Below, in pieces: positions 30,857 to 43,394 of a DNA stretch of 64,000 nt. A program made the translations under genes and the position numbers. The stretch covers positions 54,152-118,151 of the forward strand of contig JAJTWZ010000005.1 in assembly GCA_021463145.1 (NCBI GenBank). Reading direction: 5' to 3'. This DNA comes from Blastocatellia bacterium. Its GTDB lineage: Bacteria; Acidobacteriota; Blastocatellia; UBA7656; JADIYM01. Within the stretch, counting starts at the first letter, position 1. Each line of letters opens with the position of its first letter. Under the pieces are notes generated by a model. The model saw nothing but the letters and a program-made list of their open reading frames with translations, was not told where the DNA came from and did not search any database.

Positions 30857-31198
30857 ATGAGCCAGACTGGCGCCGATACCGCAGCGATACAGAAAGTTAT
30901 TCTTCGCGCAGCCGCCGCCGCAGTGAGCGGTGCACCGCTGCAGCGGTTCCCGAACGAGACAGCTGAAAGCGTCAACGATGCATTCGTTCAGGCCCTCGGG
31001 ATGATCTCGCGATCGGCCAGGCTCGAAGCCATCGTCGAAGCATCGAAGCCGATCGCGGCGCGACTGGCGTCGATGCCGATCGAGGGCGACAGCGAAAACG
31101 CCGAAGGATTCCGAAGCGACGTACAGCACCTTCTTGCTGCGATTGCCGCCCTGCACGCGTTCGATCATCGCGAAGCGGATCACACGATCACTGACTGA
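30857..31198 (+). CDS. Hypothetical helical protein
   Basis: SD GGAGG before ATG 30857; fills the gap with plausible composition. Confidence 0.55.
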   Translation: MSQTGADTAAIQKVILRAAAAAVSGAPLQRFPNETAESVNDAFVQALGMISRSARLEAIVEASKPIAARLASMPIEGDSENAEGFRSDVQHLLAAIAALHAFDHREADHTITD

Positions 31199-31235
31199 TC
31201 CGGTGTTGGCCGCGCCGTAACCCACGTTCCCGGGG

Positions 31236-32504
31236 CTACGGCTGATTCGGAGTTTTCCTGCTCGCCGTGGCCACGAGCTTCGCGAGCTGCTGCCCGGTCA
31301 GCGTGTCGGCAACCGATCTCGTGATGCGGTCGTGCTCGGTCTGAAGCACAGCTCCGACCTTCCGCAACTTGTCGCGCACTCCCGCCAACTCCATCGACTG
31401 CGGATCCCCTCCCTTCATCTGATCGCGCAACTCCTTCGCCTCCTGCCTCTCTTCCCGGGTGGCTCTGTTGAACCCGAAGAGCGCCTCGCGAAGCCGCGCC
31501 TGCTGCTGGGGCGTCACGTCGTCGAGTTCACGGATCCGCTCCGGCGTAAAGACGATCCCGCGCGGCGGCCCTGGCGCGCTCGCCGCCAGCTCATCGAGTT
31601 GGTCAGCCGTGAGCACCGTCTTCAACTCCTCGTACGCCTTTTCCTCGCGGGCGTTGACCCGCTGAGCTACCTCGCGCCGTTCGGATCGGCGCGATCCGGA
31701 ATCCGCCGCCGGCGGCAGGTCGCGATCGCCGTTGAGGGCCTTGAGCCGAGCCCTGTCAGCGCCATTCTCGTCTTCGAGGGCGGCATAGATCGCACGCACA
31801 CGGGCCTCCTGCTCGAGCGTTAGTGAAGGCAGCCTGAAGACGATCTTTTCGCGCAGTCCAACCATCTTCAGCGAGTCCGGCAGAAAGCGCTTCACTGCCA
31901 GCATCTGGTCCTGGGTGAGCAATGCTTCGGTCACCTCGAAGAGCGCCTGACGACGCTGGCGCTGGGCCGACCGTTCCTTCTCGCGCGCCTGCACGTCCGC
32001 CGGAGCCGCACCGGCGTCTCCACGACGGCGGCCGAACCCTCCAGAGTCAGCCGCTTCTTTGCGGGCCTCGCCGAGCAGGGAGCCGTAAATCGCGTCGAGT
32101 TTCGCGCGGCGGCCAGCCTCCAGGTCGGGGAGTGCCACGATCGCGTAATATACGATCTCCTCGACGGACAGCGGCCCGCGAGGCTCTTTCCGGGCGAGCT
32201 CGAGCTGTTCGGGCGTCACGACCGCCGTGATCCGGCGCTGCGCCTCGGCCATCGCAAAGGCCCTCTCTCGCCTGCCGGCGCCGTCGTCTCGAGCGTCCCG
32301 CATCTCGCGGATCAGCTCGACCTGCAGGGCGCTCATTCGAAGCCGCTGCTCCATCGTCAGCGTCCGCACTCTCCACACTTGTGACGGGGTGACGCCGGCT
32401 GGGCCGAACTGAGCTGCGCGCTCACGGAAGAACCGCTGTTTCGCCATGACCACAACCGGCGAAACGAGGAGGATGACGAGGAACCCGAAGACGATGCGTT
32501 TCAT
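31236..32504 (-). CDS. Exported alpha-helical protein with repeated LTxxQ (Spy/CpxP-like) motifs
   Basis: Signal peptide MKRIVFGFLVILLVSPVVVMA; motifs LTMEQ, VTPEQ, LTQDQ, LTLEQ, LTADQ, VTPQQ, LTGQQ. Confidence 0.65.
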   Translation of the reverse strand: MKRIVFGFLVILLVSPVVVMAKQRFFRERAAQFGPAGVTPSQVWRVRTLTMEQRLRMSALQVELIREMRDARDDGAGRRERAFAMAEAQRRITAVVTPEQLELARKEPRGPLSVEEIVYYAIVALPDLEAGRRAKLDAIYGSLLGEARKEAADSGGFGRRRGDAGAAPADVQAREKERSAQRQRRQALFEVTEALLTQDQMLAVKRFLPDSLKMVGLREKIVFRLPSLTLEQEARVRAIYAALEDENGADRARLKALNGDRDLPPAADSGSRRSERREVAQRVNAREEKAYEELKTVLTADQLDELAASAPGPPRGIVFTPERIRELDDVTPQQQARLREALFGFNRATREERQEAKELRDQMKGGDPQSMELAGVRDKLRKVGAVLQTEHDRITRSVADTLTGQQLAKLVATASRKTPNQP

Positions 32505-32671
32505 GACTACTCCCGTGTTGTCCGAAATCGCCGTGCACTGCGTACGGCAGTTGGAGCAAGAGCCCCGGGCTCACGCCGTTCCACGGATAGTCCGTGGCCG
32601 CTTCGTACGCCGCGAGCCGGAGCTCCTGATCGAACCGCCCACGCGACGGACCGGAGTCCGCCACGCACGGC

Positions 32672-33868
32672 TCAGAAAAGACCGAGCGGCGTGATGCCGC
32701 GAAACACAGCCGATGGATCGCCGCCGAGACAGTCGCGCACGATCCCGCCGAAAACAGATCGAAAATCCGTGGTGAACCGAAGGTTGCCGCTGTCGAGCGA
32801 CGTGAGCGACGGCGCTTCGCCGTGCAATCCGCCTCGCACTCCTTCCCCGATCACGAAGACCGGGCCAGCCGAGCCGTGATCGGTTCCACCGCCAAAGTTC
32901 TCCGCCGGCCGGCGCCCGAACTCCGAATAGACGACCGTCACGACCTTCCTGGCGAGCCCGCGGCGCTCGAGGTCCTGCTGGAACGCCGCAAATGCGCTCC
33001 CGACCTGGTTGAGCAGTTGCCGGTGCTTGCCCATCTGATTCACGTGAGTATCGAACCCACCGAACGAAATATGGAGGACTTCGACGCCGACGCCTGCCGC
33101 CAGCAACTCGGCAGCACGACGAAGGTCCGCCGACAGCTCTCCTGGCGGGTAGTTCACGGCGCTTTCGCCGCGCAGGCGCGAAATCGTCGTCGCGGCGTCG
33201 AGCGTCTCGATACCCGCCGCACCGACGACGTGCCTGGTTGCCGGCTGCTTCACATAAGCGGAGTACATCGCACGGATGGCGGCCTCGTTGGACGGCGGAC
33301 GGAAGCTCGCCGGATCGCTTACGGTGACGGCGGGCGACGACGACGATGCGAGGACGAGCGGAGGCTGTTCCTTGCTGAGCGCAACCGCGCGCAGTCCGCG
33401 TCCCGACGCCGACTCGTCGAGGTACCGGCCGATCCATCCCGACGCGCCGCCATTCGGATCGCCTGCTTCCCAGATCTCGGTCGCCCGAAAGTGCGAGAAG
33501 TCGGGATTCGGATAGCCGACACCCTGCACGACCGCAAGCTGGCCGCGCTCGTACAGTTTCCGAAAGCCGCCGAGTGCCGGATGGAACGCCATCCCCCGAT
33601 CGATCGAGAGAACGTCGGACTTCGCCAGCGCCAGCGCGGGCCGCAGCTTCGCGTAAGCGGGATCGCCGATCGGGACGACGGTGTTCAGTCCGTCGTTGCC
33701 ACCGGCGAGGTGGACCATGACAAGAGCCCGTCGCGCCGCCGGATCGAGTCCGGGATCAATGGCGGAGAGGCGGCCCCCCGCCTGCACGATCCGCGATCCC
33801 ACCACCGCGAACGCGGGAAGCGTGAAGAGACCTTTCACAACGCTTCGTCGATCGATTCGATTACTCAT
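32672..33868 (-). CDS. DUF1501-family Tat-exported protein
   Basis: DRRSVVK Tat-like motif; LAGGNDGLN, SHF, GGFDTH, SEFGR, GTDHG, DFRSV. Confidence 0.9.
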   Translation of the reverse strand: MSNRIDRRSVVKGLFTLPAFAVVGSRIVQAGGRLSAIDPGLDPAARRALVMVHLAGGNDGLNTVVPIGDPAYAKLRPALALAKSDVLSIDRGMAFHPALGGFRKLYERGQLAVVQGVGYPNPDFSHFRATEIWEAGDPNGGASGWIGRYLDESASGRGLRAVALSKEQPPLVLASSSSPAVTVSDPASFRPPSNEAAIRAMYSAYVKQPATRHVVGAAGIETLDAATTISRLRGESAVNYPPGELSADLRRAAELLAAGVGVEVLHISFGGFDTHVNQMGKHRQLLNQVGSAFAAFQQDLERRGLARKVVTVVYSEFGRRPAENFGGGTDHGSAGPVFVIGEGVRGGLHGEAPSLTSLDSGNLRFTTDFRSVFGGIVRDCLGGDPSAVFRGITPLGLF

Positions 33869-33881
33869 CGCAATGCTCCGG

Positions 33882-35072
33882 TCAATTCAACTGAAACTCA
33901 GGCGACGCGAGCGCCAGGGTGACACGATCCGCCGCGCCTGCGCTGGCAAGCACGCCGGCGACTTCGGCGGGCGTGCGGCCGTCGAACGCAAGGCCGATGG
34001 TTTCGTCAACTGCCCGGGCCTCGGCAGCGAGGCGCGCCGCGAATCGCATTCGCTCGAGCAGCGCGCCGGCCGACAGCCAGGCTCCCCCTCCGTCCCAACC
34101 CTTCACGGTCGGGGGCGCGAAAAGCGTCTGGCCCATTCGTCCCATCGATTCCACGGCCCAGGAAGGCGTCGCCCCGATGCCCGCAACCTTGAGGGCGCCG
34201 ACGACGAACTCCGCTGGGCTCTTTATCAGCGCCCGGTAGGAAGCATCCGACCGGAACGCCGGCGCGAGCAGGATGTGCCGGACCACGTCCGCTATCGAGC
34301 CCTTCGACTTCGTGAATACCGCAGCCGCCGCGGCGACATCCGATGCCTGCGGTTCAGGGTGAGAGAGGAAGGCCACGAGCTTTCGCGATATGAACCTGGC
34401 GCATTCAGGACGCGACGTGACGATCCGGACGATGTCGTCGCCGTCGAACGCCCCTGTTTCTCCCAGCACCGTTTTGGGTCCTGGATCGTGGTACTCCTGA
34501 CGAAACTTGAAAACGCCGCTCTCGGCGCCCCATCCCGTGAATGCGCGCGCCGCCTCGCGCACATCGCGCTCTGTGTAGTTCCCGCGGCCGATCGTGAACA
34601 ACTCCATCAGCTCGCGCGCATAGTTCTCGTTAGGTGCGCCCTTGCGATTCGAGTTCCCATCCAGCCATCGGATCATCGCCGGATCGCGACTTACACTTGC
34701 CACGAGCGCGGGAAACGTTCCGGCGCCTGCGGACCGGAACAACGCCACCTGCTTCCACATCAGCTTCGGGTCTTCGACCTTCCGGACCGAGGTCGCGAAG
34801 TGGCCGTGCCAGAACAGCGCGAGTTTCTCGGCGAGAGGCGAGGCGCTGGTTCGCATGCGGTCGACCCACGCCGCAGCGGCCGCGCCAGGTGCGTATACGC
34901 TGAATCCCGGCGGATCGGCAGATGGCGGTGCGGCCAGCCCGCTGACCAGGCGATCCACGGCCCGCTCGAAGCCGAGCGCGGCATACGAATCAAGTTCGGA
35001 TCGAGAAGGACCAAATCCCGTGCGGCGGAGAAGGTGTGCGATCTCGCGGGTTGATGTGGATTTCGACGTCAT
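33882..35072 (-). CDS. DUF1800-family protein
   Basis: HLLRRTGFG, FWHGHFATS, NENYARELMELFTIG, AARAFTGW, PPTVKGW, SPEFQ. Confidence 0.92.
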   Translation of the reverse strand: MTSKSTSTREIAHLLRRTGFGPSRSELDSYAALGFERAVDRLVSGLAAPPSADPPGFSVYAPGAAAAAWVDRMRTSASPLAEKLALFWHGHFATSVRKVEDPKLMWKQVALFRSAGAGTFPALVASVSRDPAMIRWLDGNSNRKGAPNENYARELMELFTIGRGNYTERDVREAARAFTGWGAESGVFKFRQEYHDPGPKTVLGETGAFDGDDIVRIVTSRPECARFISRKLVAFLSHPEPQASDVAAAAAVFTKSKGSIADVVRHILLAPAFRSDASYRALIKSPAEFVVGALKVAGIGATPSWAVESMGRMGQTLFAPPTVKGWDGGGAWLSAGALLERMRFAARLAAEARAVDETIGLAFDGRTPAEVAGVLASAGAADRVTLALASPEFQLN

Positions 35073-35150
35073 TCCCGGTGCCTCCCTGTTCCGGGGCTTC
35101 AGACGCCGAACGGAAAGAGAAAGTTTGGAGGCGAGCCGTACGTGATTCCT

Positions 35151-36023
35151 TTACCCGCCCTCGCCCTTTCCTCGCGACCAGTCCACCTCGGGCGCTTCGG
35201 TGTGCAGAACCCGCTGCTTCTCCAATTCCGCAATGCGGCGCGCGACGTAGTCGGCTTCCTCTGGCTCCTCGATTCGCCTGAGTGTCGCCACGGCCTCGTC
35301 GAACCGGAACATATCGGCGAAAGTCTCGCTCAGACTCTTGAGCGCCATGCGCCGCACCGCCGCGTCCGAGGTGGAAGCGATCACGCGCTCGTACAGGGGC
35401 ACCGCCACTTCGCCACGCGAACGCACCTTTGCAGCGATCGATGCGAGCCTGAGCAGCGCCTGCTCGGTCAGTTCGTCGTACGACGCGTTCTCGACGACCT
35501 TCGCGTACTCGATATCGGCCTGATCGTAGTCTTCGAGCCGGTAGTAGAGATCCGCGATAGTCGACCGAATCTTCCTCCAGCCGGGAGGATTCGGATGCTC
35601 GACGAGCAGCATCTCGTACTGCGCGATCGCTTCTCGCAGGTTCTTCAGCTCGACGTTCACCTCGGCCAGCCTCTCGCGCGCTTCATATGCCCCGGCGCCC
35701 GTCGGGAACGCCTCGAGGTAGGCCGCATAGTGTTTCCGCGCTTGTTCGTACTCCTTGAGGTTGTGGTAGTAGACGCCGGCCAGCGTGAATCGGGCGTCCG
35801 CCTCCTCGTCGCCGCCAGGGTTCGTAGCCAGGTACTCCTCGTACGCCTGCGCGGAGGCAACGTAATCCTGGTCGCGCCAGGCCTCGCGGGCTCGCGCGAG
35901 GGGCGGTTCGGCCGATGCCCCGCACCCCGCGTTGAGAGTTCCGAGGAGGATCAGGCCTGCGAGCACCGCGCCGGCGCGACGCCGGCCGGGCACGGGTTGG
36001 CCATCCCCTCTCCAAGTCCGCAT
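35151..36023 (-). CDS. TPR-repeat lipoprotein
   Basis: Lipobox-like LNAGC after a hydrophobic stretch; several TPR-like helices (A..Y...L..FP). Confidence 0.75.
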   Translation of the reverse strand: MRTWRGDGQPVPGRRRAGAVLAGLILLGTLNAGCGASAEPPLARAREAWRDQDYVASAQAYEEYLATNPGGDEEADARFTLAGVYYHNLKEYEQARKHYAAYLEAFPTGAGAYEARERLAEVNVELKNLREAIAQYEMLLVEHPNPPGWRKIRSTIADLYYRLEDYDQADIEYAKVVENASYDELTEQALLRLASIAAKVRSRGEVAVPLYERVIASTSDAAVRRMALKSLSETFADMFRFDEAVATLRRIEEPEEADYVARRIAELEKQRVLHTEAPEVDWSRGKGEGG

Positions 36024-36041
36024 CCGTTCCAGCTCCCCTCG

Positions 36042-38501
<2,460 letters not shown>

Positions 38502-38687
38502 GCGTTTGGGTGCCTTCCCTTGTTGGTGTCTCCGCGCCGGCGCGGGGCCGTAAGGCGGAGAGTTCGTCGTGGTTCCGAAGCGCCTGAGTTTACCCGATCG
38601 AGGGCCGAAACGGCAGTCGGAATGGACGCCTGGCGCCAACCCGGAAGCTTGCGTGCCCCGTTGCCGGTGGGGACAATACGCAGTCCA

Positions 38688-39356
38688 ATGTCAGACAGGC
38701 TCATCAGGATCCTGCGACCGGCCGCGCACGCGTGGACGCGCGCGTGCTATCGGATCGAATGCGAGGGCGTGGAGAACGTTCCGCTCACGGGGCCGGTCGT
38801 TCTGACACCGAACCACGTGACATATCTGGACCCGATCTGGGCGTCGGTCGGCATCGACAGGCGGATCTACTACATGGCGTGGGACGCGATTTTCCGGATC
38901 CCGTTGCTGTCGAGTCTCGTCCGTGCCTGTGGCGCGTTTCCCGTGAGACTGCAGGGTCACGACAAGGCCGCGATGCGCGAGGCACGGTGTCATCTGGCCG
39001 CCGGGCGCGCATTGATGGTCTTTCCGGAAGGCGGACGCACGACGACTCGCCAGTTGATGCCGTTCAAGGCCGGAGCCTTCCGTCTCGCTCTCGTGGCAGG
39101 CGTGCCGGTAGTGCCGGTGACCATAGACGGAGGATTCGATCTGTGGCCGCCAGGGACCATCTTCCCAAGGCCGTTTGGAAAGATCCGGATCGTGTACCAC
39201 CCCCCGATTCAGGTGGAAAAGGCGCCCGAGAATGCGGATTTCGCCGAGCTGCGGCACCGAGCGCGGGAACTGGCGGACGAGGCGCACGATGCGGTGGCGC
39301 GTTCCCTCGATCCGAGCCGCGTGCCGAGGCGGGCGCATGTGGAAGCCCGCGCGTAA
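38688..39356 (+). CDS. plsC: 1-acyl-sn-glycerol-3-phosphate acyltransferase family
   Basis: NHVTYLD (HxxxxD), FPEGGR, FKAGAF, VPVVP. Confidence 0.85.
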   Translation: MSDRLIRILRPAAHAWTRACYRIECEGVENVPLTGPVVLTPNHVTYLDPIWASVGIDRRIYYMAWDAIFRIPLLSSLVRACGAFPVRLQGHDKAAMREARCHLAAGRALMVFPEGGRTTTRQLMPFKAGAFRLALVAGVPVVPVTIDGGFDLWPPGTIFPRPFGKIRIVYHPPIQVEKAPENADFAELRHRARELADEAHDAVARSLDPSRVPRRAHVEARA

Positions 39357-39552
39357 CTGGTGCGAGTCGAGAAGCTTCCGCCATCGGAGAGTGTTGCCTT
39401 TCTGAAGCGCCGGCGCTCTCCAGAAGGCGACGCACGGCCTTCCGCGTTGTAGCCAACTCGACGGCCTGCTTCGTTACTCCACGCACCTGGTCGCGCCCCG
39501 CGAGCCCGTTATGACCCTCCGCGTGCCCATCGGCCACGCTCCGAATCCGTGT

Positions 39553-40410
39553 CTACCCGCGTTCCGCCCTGGAAGGCGATCGGTTCTCGTCGTCCACGAT
39601 CTCGCGATAGACCTCTCGCTTCGGCAATCCTCGCTCTTTCGCGACGCGCTTCACTGCGTCCATTCGAGACACGCCCTCGGCCTCGAGTTCCGCCACCCGA
39701 TCGCGAATCGGCATCGTCTCGGCCTTCCGATCCGGCGCCTTGGCTCCTTCGACTACCACGACGAACTCTCCTCGACGCCGATCGGCCGCAAGGGCCGCCG
39801 CCACAGCCGCGATCGTCCCTCGCAGGGTCTCCTCGTGAACCTTGGTCAACTCGCGCGCGACGGCAACCTCTCGCGGTCCAAACGCCTCGGCCAGGTCTTC
39901 GAGCATCGCCCCGATTCTGTGCGGCGCCTCGTAGAACACGACGGTCTCGCGAACGCCCGCCAGTTCCTCCAGTCGCGCCCGTCGCGCACCTCGCTTCGCC
40001 GGCAGGAACCCGGCGAACAGGAACGCATCGGTCGCGAGCCCGGAAGCCGAAAGCGCGGCAATACACGCCGAAGCGCCCGGAACCGGCACCACGTCTATTC
40101 CCGCCGCCGCCGCCTCGCGGACGAGGCGGTATCCCGGATCGGAGATACACGGCGTCCCGGCGTCCGAAACCAGCGCAACCGAATCGCCGTCGAGCAGCCG
40201 GCTGACCAACTGGGCTGCCCGCGCCGTTTCGTTGTGCTCGTGATACGAAACGGCCGGCGTGGAGAGTCCGAGATGAGTAAGCAGTGCGCGCGTCCTGCGC
40301 GTGTCCTCGCAGGCCACAACCGTCACTTCACCGAGCACGCGGACCGCCCGGAGCGTCACATCCTCGAGGTTGCCGATCGGCGTCGCAACCACGTAGAGCG
40401 TGCCGCTCAA
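39553..40410 (-). CDS. rsmI: 16S rRNA C1402 2'-O-methyltransferase
   Basis: LYVVATPIGNLED, CEDTR, SDAGTPCISDPG, YEAPHR, RELTKVHE. Confidence 0.95.
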   Translation of the reverse strand: MSGTLYVVATPIGNLEDVTLRAVRVLGEVTVVACEDTRRTRALLTHLGLSTPAVSYHEHNETARAAQLVSRLLDGDSVALVSDAGTPCISDPGYRLVREAAAAGIDVVPVPGASACIAALSASGLATDAFLFAGFLPAKRGARRARLEELAGVRETVVFYEAPHRIGAMLEDLAEAFGPREVAVARELTKVHEETLRGTIAAVAAALAADRRRGEFVVVVEGAKAPDRKAETMPIRDRVAELEAEGVSRMDAVKRVAKERGLPKREVYREIVDDENRSPSRAERG

Positions 40411-40769
40411 CCCGAATCACCGAAGAGCGATCCAGGCCTGTAGCGCTCGCGCTTCCGGTAATCCTCGATCACCGACACCACACGGTTGGCATCGTCTCTC
40501 GGATTGTGGATTTCGTAGACCGCGCCGCTCACGAGCGAGATGCGGATGCTGAGCGAAAGAAACAACGTCTTCGGAGACCGAACCACGTGCGTCGCCCGGA
40601 CGCCGTCGAGATCGAACTCGAAAGCCGAGGCGTGCGCGAAGCGGTTGGGCTTCCAGGCGAGGCGGTAGTTCGTGACGGTCAGCTCCCCGCCCTCCCACCA
40701 TCCCGTGTCGGCCTTCGTGCGCAGCACTTCGAACTCGCCGGGATATGTCAACGAATCCGATTCCGTCAC
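40407..40769 (-). CDS. Hypothetical protein, PH/GRAM-like fold
   Basis: GGELTVTNYRLAW pattern; 4-nt overlaps with both neighbours. Confidence 0.6.
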   Translation of the reverse strand: MTESDSLTYPGEFEVLRTKADTGWWEGGELTVTNYRLAWKPNRFAHASAFEFDLDGVRATHVVRSPKTLFLSLSIRISLVSGAVYEIHNPRDDANRVVSVIEDYRKRERYRPGSLFGDSG

Positions 40770-41425
40770 GGCGGAGAGACAATGAAACGCGCTTCGGCGA
40801 GCGCCAGGGGCTCGGGCTCTCTGTCCCGGCTGCGACGGCTCCCGACGGCTTCAGCCGCGGCGACTCGGAGAGTGAGCGGCTGCGTGGAGACTCCCGCTTC
40901 GCGAACTGCGGCCGCGTTTAGCGAGACGGTGAGCGCGCCGGTGGATCCGGCGGCGTCTCCGGTGTTCAGGACGTTGCCGAACAGCCGGCGGTCTCCGTCG
41001 AGTACGGTCACCGAAAGCAATCCTGCTTTTCGTCCGTCTATCCCAGTAGACGCCAGCCCGAGCGACACGACCGCGCGCCCATCCGAGATCGGAACCGTAA
41101 CCGGGGCCTGGCCACCCGCCACGATTGGCGTGGCGCCCGGCGCCTCGCCCCACGATACCTTGGCGAACGCACTGTCGCGCTCCATCGCCGTCGCGTCCGC
41201 GACCATGGCACGTCGCACGTCCGCGTTGAATTCGGGTCTGGGCGCCGATTCCGGCTGAGAGAGCCCGTCCCAACTCCAGATCGTCAGTCCCACGATCGTA
41301 ACGAAGATCGCGAGTCCGCCGGTCACGGACAGAATCGCCTGTCGCGACCACGGTTCGAAGGCGAGATCGGGCGGCGGCGGAACGGGCCGGGGAGGCCGGC
41401 GCTTCGGAGGTGTCTTCTTCGGCAC
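40766..41425 (-). CDS. Hypothetical single-TM membrane protein
   Basis: Basic/Pro-rich N-terminus, one TM helix; TGCTAGAAT 7 nt upstream of GTG. Confidence 0.6.
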   Translation of the reverse strand: MPKKTPPKRRPPRPVPPPPDLAFEPWSRQAILSVTGGLAIFVTIVGLTIWSWDGLSQPESAPRPEFNADVRRAMVADATAMERDSAFAKVSWGEAPGATPIVAGGQAPVTVPISDGRAVVSLGLASTGIDGRKAGLLSVTVLDGDRRLFGNVLNTGDAAGSTGALTVSLNAAAVREAGVSTQPLTLRVAAAEAVGSRRSRDREPEPLALAEARFIVSPP

Positions 41426-41606
41426 GCCCGCGATTCTAGCACTGCACCAATCGGCCTGGACGCTCCGGGACGGTCTTTACCCGAGCGCAACCGGTCGAGG
41501 AGCCGTCGCACACCCCGCCGCCTTCACCGTCCCTGGCCCCTTGCCAACACCTGGGGACGTCCGGCGCCGGCCCTCGGCTGACGGTCCTGCTATCATCCAA
41601 AGCCAC

Positions 41607-43355
41607 ATGTCCGGGAGGCCCACCACTCTCGTCACGGATCCGGCCGCGCTCGCCTCGTGTTTCGAGACCCTTCGAAATCAGCCCGTCATCGGTCTCGATA
41701 CCGAGACCACGGGACTCGATCCCTTCACGAGCCGCGTGCGCCTGATCCAGTTTTCTACCCCGAACGACCTGTTCGTCATCGACTGTTTCGCATTCGAAGC
41801 GCTGCGCGACCGAGAGCTCGCCGACCTGCTCGAACAGCCCCGGCCCATCAAGATCCTCCACAACGCAAAGTTCGACGCCCGAATGCTGGAGCGGCACGCC
41901 GGCGCGCGGCTCCAGGGCGTTTTCGACACCTTTCTCGCGAGCCAGCTCATCGCCACCGGGGCTCACGGTGTCGGACATTCCCTGCGCGCCGTCGCGGACC
42001 GTCATCTGGGAGTCACACTGGACAAGCGCCAGCAGGCCAGCGACTGGAGCGGCGCCCTCAGCCGCGAGCAGATCGACTATGCGTCGGAGGACGTCCGCAT
42101 TCTCCTGCCCTTGCGTTCGAAGCTCGTCGAGAGGATCCGCGAACTCGGGCTGGTCGACGTGGCGAAGATCGAGTTCGACTGCGCCCCGGTCGTCGCGCGG
42201 ATGGAGAACGCCGGAATTTACATCGACCGCGATAAATGGGAAGTGCAGTGCGAGACGACCGAACGCGCGCACGCATTGCTCCGCGACCGTCTGGTGGAAG
42301 ACTTCGCCAGCGCGGTTCCGCAGATGTCGCTGTTCGGCAAAGCCGAGATCAACCTCGACTCACCGGCGCAGGTGCAGGACGCGCTGAACCGGCTCGGGAT
42401 TCCCGTCGAGGGAACGCGGGCGAGCGAGCTGCAGCACTACTCCAAGCACGAGATCGTCGCGCGACTGCTCGAATACCGGACGGTAGCCAAACAGTTGACG
42501 AGCTACGGCCGGTCGATGCTCGAGCACATTCACCCGGTCACGGGCCGGATCCACCCGCACTTCATCCAGATCGGCGCGACGTCGGGGCGCTTCAGCTGTA
42601 TGGACCCGAGCGTGCAGCAGATCCCAAATGCGCCCGAATACCGCGACTGCGTCCGCGCTCCGGAGGGCCGGATGCTCGTCGTAGCCGATTACTCGCAGAT
42701 CGAACTTCGAATTCTCGCGGACTGGTCGCAGGATACCGTCCTGATGAAGGCGTTCCAGTCCGGAGAGGACCTGCATCGCGTCACGGCCAGCCAGATGTTC
42801 GGCATTCCGCTCGATGACGTGTCGAAGACCGAACGGTCCGCCGCAAAGGCCCTGAATTTCGGGCTGATGTACGGGATGGGCGCGCAGGGCCTCGCAATGC
42901 GAATCGAGTCGACGGTCCAGGAAGCCGAGCGGCTCGTCCACAAGTACTTCTCCGCTTATCGGGGTGTCGAGCGATGGCTGCGCGATGCGGGCGAGCACGC
43001 GATCCGGGATCGGGAATCGCGCACACGGTCCGGGAGGCTCGTACGGTACGAGTTCGACGAGAGCGACCGCAGCCAGACGGCCGGAATCGCGAGGCTTGGA
43101 AAAAACGTGCCGATCCAGGGGACTAGCGCCGACATCACCAAGCTTGCAATGGTCGAGCTGGACCGCTCGCTTCACGGCACGGATGCATTCATCGTGAACA
43201 CGATCCACGACGAGCTCGTCGTGGAGTGCGACGAGTCCATCGCCGATGCCACGCGTGACTCGGTCGAGCGCGCGATGACCTGGGCGGGCAGGCAGTTCAT
43301 AAGCAGCATCCCGGTCGTCGTCGAGACGATGGTCTCGCAGGCGTGGAACAAATGA
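41607..43355 (+). CDS. Short family-A DNA polymerase (3'-5' exonuclease plus polymerase, no 5'-3' nuclease)
   Basis: ExoI DTETTG, ExoII HNAKFD, ExoIII YASED; motif A DYSQIELR, motif B RSAAKALNFGLMYG, motif C IHDEL; 582 aa. Confidence 0.92.
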   Translation: MSGRPTTLVTDPAALASCFETLRNQPVIGLDTETTGLDPFTSRVRLIQFSTPNDLFVIDCFAFEALRDRELADLLEQPRPIKILHNAKFDARMLERHAGARLQGVFDTFLASQLIATGAHGVGHSLRAVADRHLGVTLDKRQQASDWSGALSREQIDYASEDVRILLPLRSKLVERIRELGLVDVAKIEFDCAPVVARMENAGIYIDRDKWEVQCETTERAHALLRDRLVEDFASAVPQMSLFGKAEINLDSPAQVQDALNRLGIPVEGTRASELQHYSKHEIVARLLEYRTVAKQLTSYGRSMLEHIHPVTGRIHPHFIQIGATSGRFSCMDPSVQQIPNAPEYRDCVRAPEGRMLVVADYSQIELRILADWSQDTVLMKAFQSGEDLHRVTASQMFGIPLDDVSKTERSAAKALNFGLMYGMGAQGLAMRIESTVQEAERLVHKYFSAYRGVERWLRDAGEHAIRDRESRTRSGRLVRYEFDESDRSQTAGIARLGKNVPIQGTSADITKLAMVELDRSLHGTDAFIVNTIHDELVVECDESIADATRDSVERAMTWAGRQFISSIPVVVETMVSQAWNK

Positions 43356-43394
43356 GCCCGCCGCAACGGGGGCAAATCGAAAGGAGCGAAAACG

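Noticed and set aside
39357-39552. Possible small gene or RNA between convergent plsC and rsmI
   Set aside because: No SD, recognisable motif or convincing structure
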